A stretch of 32,000 nucleotides of DNA, from positions 30,001-62,000 of the forward strand of contig ACYB01000007.1 of NCBI GenBank assembly GCA_000175855.1, given 5' to 3'. The stretch is from Raphidiopsis brookii D9 (lineage in GTDB: Bacteria; Cyanobacteriota; Cyanobacteriia; Cyanobacteriales; Nostocaceae). This document shows positions 20,322 to 28,801 of the stretch, piece by piece. Numbering within the stretch: position 1 is the first letter of the stretch; each line of letters opens with the position of its first letter. Below the pieces are notes generated by a model that saw only the letters and a program-made list of their open reading frames with translations, made no database searches and was not told the origin of the DNA. A program made the position numbers and the translations under genes.

Positions 20322-21815
20322 CTAAATATCCAACAAACTATAGCGCTTTTGCAGGTTGAATAGCTTCATTCTAGCTTCACCTGCGTTATCCGCTAAATTA
20401 GAAAATTCTACAAACCTTTTCAATTCTTTTCTCAGCAGGTTCCTTTCCACTTCCATTGCTTCTCGATCTAAGTCTGGAGGTGAAACTATCATATCAAAAA
20501 TTGTCGCCCTTTCTTTACCGGGATGGGGACGTAACACCCTACCGCGACGCTGAATAAATTGCCGAGGATTGCTAGAACTGGATAAAATCACTGCGGTTCT
20601 AATTGCTGGTATATCTACACCCTCATCTAAACAACGAATAGCTACTAAACCCTGCAAGTCCCCACTTTCAAATTGTTTTCTTAACACTTCTCGCTCTGGT
20701 AATGATGTTCGTGCAGTGTAGGTACTGATTTTATATCCCAGTTCTACTCCTAAAATTTTGGTTACTTCTTCCAGTTGGTAAGAATGGTTCCCCCCCTCTT
20801 GGGAACCATCACTACAATAAAATAATGTATGGCTTGTGTTTAGACGATTTAACATTAAATGTCTTAGTGCTACTAGTTTGTTTTCGGCGCTGCTAATTAA
20901 TCTAGCTCGTTTTATCAGTAGAGATTTAATACCCTCCATATCCTCAAAACTAACGGTCTCCTTTATCTCCCGATTTTGTAAACAACGCCCTATTTTTTTA
21001 GTTAATCTTAAATAATTAATACTCTCCAACTCCGTTAATTCAACGAAAACTGGATAGTATAAATAATGCACCAAGGCTCCTTGGTCAATAGCATCTTTTA
21101 AGCTAAACTCTGGTTGCAAAACTGGTCCAAAATATTCCAATAAGGACTCCGTACCTTCCTCATCAAAATATCTTTCTGGTGTAGCTGATAGAGCTAGTCT
21201 TAATCCCACACTACGAGGTAAACTTTCTTCCAACCTGGGCGCACCCAAATTATGTGCCTCATCCCCAATGATTAAGGTCTTCGGTGGAAAATATTTCAGT
21301 TGTGATTGGAAACCTTCCCCAATTAAGGTCAAGTTAGTGGTGATAATAGTCAGAAACTTTTGATAACCAGAACCCAAATTATATAACTCTACCGACATTT
21401 GACTATGCCAATTTCGTATATTCTCGTAAGCTAGAATGGGTTTCAAGTTAAATTTCTCACACTCCCTACCCCACTGGGTAACCAAGTGGCGATGGGGACA
21501 GACCACTAACAAGACTTGTAAGCCTATCTGTTTATATAATTCATAGGCGATCGCCAATGCGGTAATTGTTTTTCCACTACCGGTAGCCATTTTCAATGTT
21601 CCCCGACCATTATTAGCAAACCAACTAGTAATAGCCTGTTTTTGGTATCCTCGTAATTCAACGTGTAAAGGTATTTTAGGACAACCGGGTAAAAATGAAT
21701 TGACATTGTAGTCACCGCCATTTTCCCTGACAAAGGGTAATTTCAGAGAAAAGCTATATGGTGCTGATACCGGTAGTTTAGAACTTGAAGCAATGGAGGA
21801 CGCTATAAAATACAT
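20322..21815 (-). CDS. DEAD/DEAH-box (SF2, XPB/UvsW-like) helicase
   Basis: ELRGYQKQAI, Walker A KMATGSGKT, IIGDEAHNLG, ALSATPER, AIRCLDEGVDIPAI, QFIQRRGRVLRP. Confidence 0.88.
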   Translation of the reverse strand: MYFIASSIASSSKLPVSAPYSFSLKLPFVRENGGDYNVNSFLPGCPKIPLHVELRGYQKQAITSWFANNGRGTLKMATGSGKTITALAIAYELYKQIGLQVLLVVCPHRHLVTQWGRECEKFNLKPILAYENIRNWHSQMSVELYNLGSGYQKFLTIITTNLTLIGEGFQSQLKYFPPKTLIIGDEAHNLGAPRLEESLPRSVGLRLALSATPERYFDEEGTESLLEYFGPVLQPEFSLKDAIDQGALVHYLYYPVFVELTELESINYLRLTKKIGRCLQNREIKETVSFEDMEGIKSLLIKRARLISSAENKLVALRHLMLNRLNTSHTLFYCSDGSQEGGNHSYQLEEVTKILGVELGYKISTYTARTSLPEREVLRKQFESGDLQGLVAIRCLDEGVDIPAIRTAVILSSSSNPRQFIQRRGRVLRPHPGKERATIFDMIVSPPDLDREAMEVERNLLRKELKRFVEFSNLADNAGEARMKLFNLQKRYSLLDI

Positions 21816-21874
21816 TGTTTATTGAAACTAATTAGGATTAGACCTGTTCCTAAGCATTATGGTTAAAGCCATAA

Positions 21875-22486
21875 TTAATTGTAGTTTCGCCAGACACCGA
21901 CTAAAGAACCTTGTATTTCCACTTGAATAGCGGGAACTTGAATAGGTTGATAGTTGGAATTAGCTGGTTTAAGAGTAACCGTGTCTCCTTCAAGATAAAA
22001 CCGTTTTAAAGTCGTACCATATCCCTCCACCCTAGCAGCAACAATGGTGCCATTTTTCATCAGATTGGGTTCGGACACAGGACGCAGGAATACCAAATCA
22101 CCATCAGCGATTAAATCCTCAATCATACTATCACCAGCTACCCGCAAAGCATAACTTTGAGGAGGAATAGGTAGATTAGTTAAATCTAAGTATTCACAAT
22201 CCACCGCATCAGCAAAAGGTTCAATTAAGCCCCCTGCTGCAATAGTTCCTAAAATGGGCACGCCGTACCTACTAGAATGCAATATTCTAATGGTTCGCGC
22301 CTTACCCTCATCCCAGTCGATGTATCTCTTGTTTCGCAAGTGTTCTAACCTGCTTTGAACCGGTGCAGGAGACTTCAAATTTACTCCGTGCATCATTTGA
22401 CGAATAGATGGTGAATGTTGATTAACCCGAATATATTCCACTAACCATTCGTATAGTTCGTTTTGGGCTTCCGTCAGTTTTTCCAT
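21875..22486 (-). CDS. lexA: LexA-type transcriptional repressor (S24 peptidase)
   Basis: MEKLTEAQNELYEWLVEYI..HSPSIRQMM HTH, AG cleavage site in PILGTIAAGGLIEPF, catalytic Ser in RVAGDSMIEDLI, Lys in TTLKRFY. Start moved to 22486 because the LexA box (22518-22531) lies inside the longer ORF. Confidence 0.93.
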   Translation of the reverse strand: MEKLTEAQNELYEWLVEYIRVNQHSPSIRQMMHGVNLKSPAPVQSRLEHLRNKRYIDWDEGKARTIRILHSSRYGVPILGTIAAGGLIEPFADAVDCEYLDLTNLPIPPQSYALRVAGDSMIEDLIADGDLVFLRPVSEPNLMKNGTIVAARVEGYGTTLKRFYLEGDTVTLKPANSNYQPIQVPAIQVEIQGSLVGVWRNYN

Positions 22487-22517
22487 ATTTTTAGGTAAAG
22501 CAACAACAAACGTTCTA

Positions 22518-22531
22518 AGAACATTTGTACT
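22518..22531 (-). promoter_or_regulatory. LexA (SOS) box upstream of lexA
   Basis: Minus strand AGTACAAATGTTCT matches the published cyanobacterial consensus RGTACNNNDGTWCB at every position, about 31 nt upstream of the lexA ATG. Confidence 0.82.
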
Positions 22532-22717
22532 ACAAAAAGTTTTCTTTAGCAAGACTCACTGGGTATTTCTTAACAATAAATTAATATTTTGCTGGTAGGA
22601 ATGGAGGATGGGAAAGCTATATACCTATGGTAATTTAAAAAAACTCCGGTGTCAATCAACTTGGTCCCATGAGAATTTGGATTTTATGGTTCTTAGAGCC
22701 AAAAGTTAAGCGAAAAT

Positions 22718-23639
22718 TCAGCTAGCACCCAAAATACTAGCCAGTAAAGCTTTTTGAGCATGCAATCTATTTTCAGCTTGATCCCAAACTTTTGATTGGG
22801 AACCTTCTATTACCTCATCGGTAATTTCTTCCCCACGATGGGCGGGTAGACAGTGTAAAACTATGGCTTGGGGGTCTGCTAGACTCAGTAAATCCTGGGA
22901 AATTTGATAGGGTTGGAAGATTGGTAGACGATTATCAGCTTCTGACTCCTGACCCATACTTGCCCAAACATCAGTGTAAAGGATGTGGGCATTTTTAGAT
23001 GCTATGACTGGATCATGGGTAAGCATTACTTCAGTTTTATCACCAGCAATAACCCGGGACTTTTCTACAATATCCTGGTTGGGGGCGTATCCTTGCGGGA
23101 AAGCTATTCTTACATTCATGCCAGCTAAGGCACAACCCAACATTAGGGAATTAGCTACGTTATTACCATCTCCCACATAGGTAAGGGTTAATCCTGTTAA
23201 ATCGCTGAATACTTCTCGAATAGTCAACAAATCTGCTAGAATCTGACAGGGGTGTTCTAGATCTGTTAGAGCATTAATCACCGGTATTTTGGCGTAGTGA
23301 GCAAAAGTGACCAGTTCCTGCTGGGCAAAGGTTCTAATTGCTAAGACATCTAAATAACGGTCTAATACCCTGGCTGTATCTTGCACAGGTTCACCCCGAC
23401 TCACCTGAGTAACATTGGGATGCAGGTCGATTACCTGGCCTCCTAATTGGTACATAGCCACTGTAAAACTTACTCTGGTGCGAGTGGAGGCCTTGGAGAA
23501 TAACAAACCCAAAAACCTTGTTGGAATGTAGTGTTAATTTTTGCGATTTGAGTAATGTTGCCATGGATAGGAGTTCCAGTAGTTCTGTAGAACTTAGATC
23601 TCCTAAACCTAGTAAGTCTCTTCCAGTCAATGCTACCAT
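22718..23639 (-). pseudogene. argF: ornithine carbamoyltransferase gene, frame-disrupted by an apparent 1-nt insertion in the A/T homopolymer 23511-23515 (possibly a sequencing error)
   Basis: N-terminal frame MVALTGRDLLGLGDLSSTELLELLSMATLLKSQKLTLHSNKVFG; C-terminal frame GLLFSKASTRTRVSFTVAMYQLGGQV...HCLPAHRGEEI. Deleting one T from GTTTTTGGG gives NKVLGLLFSKASTRTRV. Confidence 0.93.
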
Positions 23640-23891
23640 GCTGATGATTTGGATTATTAATGTGTTTTTTAAATCTTTCAGATATTTCAACAGTACTAGG
23701 GCTTCAAGTTGAAACTCTATCAACTATTGTTACCTGAAATTACAGGATTTTTTATGCCACATTCATACTATAGCACTGGGGGAAAAATTTTTGGGACTTT
23801 TTTGCCAGATTTTTAGAAAAAACCACTGGACAAATTTTGGTTCTGTGCTATGATTACATATCAGTGGGCGTTAACTAGATCTTAGCCCCTT

Positions 23892-23963
23892 GCCAGCATA
23901 GCACAGCGGTAGTGCATCCGACTTGTAATCGGAAGGTCGTCAGTTCAATCCTGACTGCTGGCT
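23892..23963 (+). tRNA. tRNA-Thr(UGU)
   Basis: Acceptor GCCAGCA/TGCTGGC, D stem GCAC/GTGC, anticodon stem TCCGA/TCGGA with loop CTTGTAA (anticodon TGT), T arm GTCAG-TTCAATC-CTGAC; 72 nt, CCA not encoded. Confidence 0.96.
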
Positions 23964-24098
23964 CTCTTGTCACTTGTCAAATTATTTGTCCGCGTTGACT
24001 CACTATATACAATGTGAAAATATAAAATTATAAAATTATTCATGCAGCTTAAATCACACCATGTTACAATCTGCTTTTAAGTTCATTTTTAAAAACCA

Positions 24099-24974
24099 TT
24101 ACCTAATACTTTCTAAAATCCTCCCTATCATACCATTAGCCTGATTGCTATAACCACCTCCAAATAAATTAAAATGATTTAAAATATGATACAAATTATA
24201 AATATTTTTCCGTTTTTCATAGCCTTGTGCTAGAGGAAATTCTTCTTCATAGCCCTGGTAAAAACTAGGAGGAAAACCACCAAAAAGTTCAGTCATGGCA
24301 ATATCAACTTCCCGATCGCCAAAATAAGTAGCTGGATCAAAAATCACTGGCTGACCATTAATTATAAATCCCACATTTCCTCCCCATAAATCACCATGAA
24401 CTAGGGATGGTTCTGGTTTATGGTCAGCTAATAAGCTGGGAATGACATCCAATAATTTTTGTTCTCCAGGAAAATTTCCACCCCGTCTTCTTGCTAAGTG
24501 AAATTGGTAACCTAGTCGGTTTTTGAAAAAAAATTCATCCCAGCTTAACATCCAATTATTAATTTGTGGTGTGGAACCAATAGTATTGTTTATATGCCAA
24601 CCAAAACCTTGTTCACTGGTAGTTTTGTGCATTGCTGCCAAATTTCTCCCCATTTGTTGCCAGCTTTTATTATTGCCAGCTGACATTTCCAACCATTCTA
24701 ATACTATGTAACTGCAATTATCTGTAGTTCCCCAACATAATGGTTGGGGAACGCGGATAGTTTTGGTTTCATACATTTGTCGCAAACTCAGCATTTCTGC
24801 TGCAAACATTTCTCCCTGGGATGCTTGATTAGTTTTGACAAAGTAGGTGATATTACCATTGCTAATGGCATAACCCTGGTTAATACATCCACCACTGACT
24901 GATGATTTGTGGATAGTTTGGAACTTTTGCCCAGTTACTTCACTTATCTGCCGATCTATTTCTTGCCACATCAC
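24099..24974 (-). CDS. fructosamine kinase family / aminoglycoside phosphotransferase-fold protein
   Basis: VSGGCINQGYAI, YFVKTNQ, HRTTSEQGFGWHINNTIGSTPQIN, LVHGDLWGGNVGF, VIFDPATYFGDREVDIAMTELFGGF. Confidence 0.93.
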   Translation of the reverse strand: MMWQEIDRQISEVTGQKFQTIHKSSVSGGCINQGYAISNGNITYFVKTNQASQGEMFAAEMLSLRQMYETKTIRVPQPLCWGTTDNCSYIVLEWLEMSAGNNKSWQQMGRNLAAMHKTTSEQGFGWHINNTIGSTPQINNWMLSWDEFFFKNRLGYQFHLARRRGGNFPGEQKLLDVIPSLLADHKPEPSLVHGDLWGGNVGFIINGQPVIFDPATYFGDREVDIAMTELFGGFPPSFYQGYEEEFPLAQGYEKRKNIYNLYHILNHFNLFGGGYSNQANGMIGRILESIR

Positions 24975-25024
24975 CCAGTTTTAAACCTCGCGTTTTAGTA
25001 ATTAATCCTATTTATTACCTTTTA

Positions 25025-26314
25025 TTATCTTGGTTTAATAATAACTGCTCTATAGGCCTGTGGCGAAAGATATTTTTGTGCAGCTTTCATTAAGTCATAC
25101 TCATTCTGCATTTGGATGTGTTGAGGATAATTGAATGCTGGCTCCAAATCACCAAGTAAACACTGATAATAACCATATAATCCAGAACGTTCTCCCGGTG
25201 TTTCATTATTAAAAATAAATCTATTTGCCACTCTTGTTTGTACTCGGAGAATTTCTGACTCTTTGACTAATTCCGTTTGTAGTTTCTCCAAATGTTCAAC
25301 TATACCTGTTTCTACTGCTGCTAAATCTTCCACATTACACTTGGCGGAAATCGTGAATAGTCCCTGTAATTTATAATTACTATTACTAACGGAAATTGTG
25401 GAAACTAATCCCCTTTCTTCCCGTAAGTCTTGTACTAATCTGGAGCTACGTCCTTGTCCTAATATCCCCGCTAAGACATCTAAGGCATAAGTATCTTTCA
25501 GTTCCCCCAATCCCGGTACTCGCCATAAAACAATTAGTCTAGCCTCTTGTAAATTTTCATCCGTAAATTCGTGACTGGTAATTCCCTTAAATGCTGGTTC
25601 TTGATTATCTGTAAACTCTAAAGGTGCATAAGCTGGGTATTTTGAAGACCTTGCCATCTTTTCTTCAAACCCCTCAGCTACAATTTCTATAAGCTGGTCT
25701 ACGGATAAGTTACCAACAGCTACAGCGGTTATAGAAGAAGGTTGATACCAGGTCTGATGGAATTCTCCCATTTGTTGGGGTGTCAGCTGAGAAATTATGC
25801 TTTCTAAACCCAGTATTGGACGACGATAGGGCAAAAAATCAAAGGCCATTTCCATTAGACGGCGAGAAATTCTCCTTCCTATACTGTCTTGTGAACGCCT
25901 AATCTCTTCTAAAACCACTAATCTTTCGGTTTCAAAACTATCTGGGGGAATGGACGGGTTACAAACTAGGTCTATTTGCAGTGGTGCTAACTCTTGAAAA
26001 TCTTTGGGTGCGGTGGTGGTATAAAAATGGGTATAATCTTGACTGGTAGCCGCATTAGTTATTGCACCTCGCTCTTCAACTCGACGCTCAAATTCACCAC
26101 TAGCTAAGTTTTCTGTCCCCTTAAATATAATATGTTCTAAAAAATGGGCCATTCCATTAATGGAATCGGACTCTACAGCAGAACCAACATTTATCCACAC
26201 ATTTAAACTAACTGCTTCAATTGGCATTTGTTCCGCAATGATGGTTAACCCATTGGACAGGGAATGAACTGTGGGTTTTTGAAGAGGTGGACTTTTTGGT
26301 AAGGTTAATATCAT
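25025..26314 (-). CDS. M16 family insulinase-like zinc peptidase
   Basis: NGMAHFLEHIIFKGTENL (HxxEH), downstream RRVEERGAITNAATSQDYTHFYTT, VLEEIRRSQDS. Confidence 0.93.
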   Translation of the reverse strand: MILTLPKSPPLQKPTVHSLSNGLTIIAEQMPIEAVSLNVWINVGSAVESDSINGMAHFLEHIIFKGTENLASGEFERRVEERGAITNAATSQDYTHFYTTTAPKDFQELAPLQIDLVCNPSIPPDSFETERLVVLEEIRRSQDSIGRRISRRLMEMAFDFLPYRRPILGLESIISQLTPQQMGEFHQTWYQPSSITAVAVGNLSVDQLIEIVAEGFEEKMARSSKYPAYAPLEFTDNQEPAFKGITSHEFTDENLQEARLIVLWRVPGLGELKDTYALDVLAGILGQGRSSRLVQDLREERGLVSTISVSNSNYKLQGLFTISAKCNVEDLAAVETGIVEHLEKLQTELVKESEILRVQTRVANRFIFNNETPGERSGLYGYYQCLLGDLEPAFNYPQHIQMQNEYDLMKAAQKYLSPQAYRAVIIKPR

Positions 26315-26341
26315 TTGTGGTGGTGGGTGTTACATTACTAC

Positions 26342-27085
26342 TTATATCTTAAATCCTTTCTCTAGTTTATCCGGAATCATTGATGGAAAAACAGAGACAT
26401 CACTTCCTACATCGGTAAAGTTTAAGAAGTTCTCAACTAACAACTGTTCAAATGTATTCAATGAGTCTTGCCAATTTGCCACTATTTGTTGCAAGTCCTC
26501 TATTTTTTGGGAGGGAGTATTTCCTAGGAGGGGGTAGTTGAAGTTACTGGAAAATAAAATTGCCGCTATCACCTGGTCGGGAAACTCAACTGTTGCTTGA
26601 TTAATACTTAGATTTAAGACTCCCCTTTGTAAGGGATAAGTTAACTGTAGGGTCGCTCCCACTCTCTTACCACCAAATTCTTGCCATGGACCGGGCGCTA
26701 ATAGCCTATTATGGATGTATTGATAGGCATCAGCTTCAGAATTAAAGAGAACAAATCCCCTTGGACTTATACTTAGCTGAGTGTACTCTAGTTGAGAGAG
26801 TTTTTCTACTAGGTTTCGAGTAATATTTGAGACTTGGATCTCCTGCTGGGGCTTTTGTCCTATATTCTCAACTATGGTGATAGCATTGGGTTGAACAAAA
26901 ATCCCCACTCCTGTCTTGAACAAAATTTGTAATACACCGTTGTTATAAATCGGTTGTCTGGCTAACTCCCATTCGTTGGGAACAATACCAGTGTATTTCA
27001 AAAAATCAGGATTAATTACTGTCGGGTTCAAATTTTTGGCAGTGATAGAGATTGCCAGTTCCTGAAGTTGTAAGTTCGCACTCAT
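26342..27085 (-). CDS. conserved protein of unknown function (likely cyanobacterial)
   Basis: Complete 247-aa ORF 28 nt upstream of the M16 peptidase on the same strand; ELAISITAKNLNPTVINPDFLKYTGIVPNEWEL... Confidence 0.7.
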   Translation of the reverse strand: MSANLQLQELAISITAKNLNPTVINPDFLKYTGIVPNEWELARQPIYNNGVLQILFKTGVGIFVQPNAITIVENIGQKPQQEIQVSNITRNLVEKLSQLEYTQLSISPRGFVLFNSEADAYQYIHNRLLAPGPWQEFGGKRVGATLQLTYPLQRGVLNLSINQATVEFPDQVIAAILFSSNFNYPLLGNTPSQKIEDLQQIVANWQDSLNTFEQLLVENFLNFTDVGSDVSVFPSMIPDKLEKGFKI

Positions 27086-27250
27086 TGTTATTATTACCTA
27101 TCATTATTATTATTATTAATCCAAAACTATTGGATTTCTAGTGGTCATGCTACATACAATTACTGTTTATGTTTAATTTCCATTTTACCCGACTGAGGTT
27201 ACAATTATACTACTATTCGGTAATTCTTGTCATCGGTTCAGCCAAACTAA

Positions 27251-28801
27251 TTGTCTATGTCTCTTCTATATTTAAATATCAACCAATCAAAGACCAACAA
27301 GTCTCGCATCATTGTTACAGGTGCGGGAATAGGTGGACTCACTGCAGCAGCTCTACTAGCACATAAGGGTTATCAGGTTTTAGTTGTTGATCAAGCTCTG
27401 GTTCCAGGTGGTTGTGCATCTACCTTTAAACGTCATGGATTTACTTTTGATGTGGGTGCAACTCAGGTTGCTGGACTGGAACCAGGAGGAATACATCACC
27501 GCATTTTCCAAGAACTGAATATAGAACTACCCTCCGCTACACCCTGCGATCCCGCTTGTGCAGTTTTTCTTCCAGGGGAAACAATTCCTATTAATGTGTG
27601 GCGTGATCCGCAAAAATGGCAACAGGAACGTCAACAGCAATTCCCCCGAAGTGAACCTTTTTGGCAATTATTAGCTACTCTATTCCGTGCTAGTTGGGAA
27701 TTCCAGGGGAGAGATCCAATTTTGCCACCGGGTAATTTGTGGGATCTCTTACAATTAATTAAAGCTGTGACTCCTAGCACCTTTATTACTGCTCCGTTTA
27801 CTTTTATGACTGTGGGTGATGCTCTCAGATTATATAGTTTACACCATGATATAAGACTCAGAACGTTCTTAGACTTACAACTAAAATTATATTCCCAGGT
27901 TAGTGCCCAAGAAACAGCTCTCCTATACGCTGCTACCGCTTTAAGTATATCCCAACTTCCTCAAGGACTATATCATTTACATGGTAGTATGCAAGTTCTG
28001 AGCGATCGCCTGGTGACATCTTTAGAAAAAAATGGCGGTCAATTACTAATGCGTCATACGGTGGAAGGGATTAATGTGGAGGATGGCAAAGCTAAAGGTG
28101 TAATAATCCGCAATCAAAGGACTGGACAAAAATTTACAGAGACAGCAGATCACGTGATTGCTAATGTCACAGTGCAGAATCTCATGGAACTACTGGGAGA
28201 AAAAGTCCCCCGTGGATACAAAACAAGAATTGAAAAACTCCCGCCTGCTTCTGGTGCATTTGTGGTATATTTGGGGGTGGAACAAAGTGCTATCCCCAAG
28301 GATTGTCCACCCCACTTACAATTTATGTATGATATTAATGGCCAAGTAGGAGAAAACAATTCCTTATTTGTTTCTGTCAGTCATGAGGGGGATGGTCGGG
28401 CACCTGCAGGAAAAGCAACAATTATAGCTTCATCCTTTGTGGATTTCGCTCCCTGGTGGAATAGTGACAATTATCAACAATTAAAGGCAAAATTCACTCA
28501 GGAGGCCATTTCTAAACTGGCTCAATACTTCTACCTCAAACCAGAAACAATCATTCTCGTGGAAGCTGCTACACCTAAAACCTTTGCTGACTACACAGCC
28601 AGACACAAGGGAATGGTGGGTGGTATTGGTCAAAGAATTTCTACTTTTGGACCTTTTGGTTTTGCTAATCGTACACCTATTAGGAACTTGTGGTTAGTTG
28701 GTGATTCTACCCATCCAGGGGAGGGTACTGCTGGGGTGAGTTACTCAGCTCTCACAGTAGTTAGACAAATTGATGACCTACGGGGAAGGTTGTCCCGGTG
28801 A
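27251..28801 (+). CDS. crtD: FAD-dependent phytoene-desaturase-family oxidoreductase, likely C-3',4' desaturase CrtD
   Basis: Rossmann IIVTGAGIGGLTAAALLAHKGYQVLVVDQ, PGGCASTFKRHGFTFDVGATQVAGLEPGG; C-terminus NLWLVGDSTHPGEGTAGVSYSAL. Confidence 0.78.
   Translation: MSMSLLYLNINQSKTNKSRIIVTGAGIGGLTAAALLAHKGYQVLVVDQALVPGGCASTFKRHGFTFDVGATQVAGLEPGGIHHRIFQELNIELPSATPCDPACAVFLPGETIPINVWRDPQKWQQERQQQFPRSEPFWQLLATLFRASWEFQGRDPILPPGNLWDLLQLIKAVTPSTFITAPFTFMTVGDALRLYSLHHDIRLRTFLDLQLKLYSQVSAQETALLYAATALSISQLPQGLYHLHGSMQVLSDRLVTSLEKNGGQLLMRHTVEGINVEDGKAKGVIIRNQRTGQKFTETADHVIANVTVQNLMELLGEKVPRGYKTRIEKLPPASGAFVVYLGVEQSAIPKDCPPHLQFMYDINGQVGENNSLFVSVSHEGDGRAPAGKATIIASSFVDFAPWWNSDNYQQLKAKFTQEAISKLAQYFYLKPETIILVEAATPKTFADYTARHKGMVGGIGQRISTFGPFGFANRTPIRNLWLVGDSTHPGEGTAGVSYSALTVVRQIDDLRGRLSR

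Noticed and set aside
23391-23723. 110-aa minus-strand ORF as an independent gene
   Set aside because: Its central part is the ArgF N-terminus; the tail after KVFG is out-of-frame argF sequence, so it is not a separate protein.
27104-27120. TTATTATTATTATTATT microsatellite as a CRISPR or regulatory repeat
   Set aside because: Simple A/T trinucleotide repeat in an AT-rich intergenic gap, with no spacer structure.
27169-27366. 65-aa ORF overlapping the crtD-like start
   Set aside because: Different frame from a strong Rossmann-fold N-terminus; no homology-like features.
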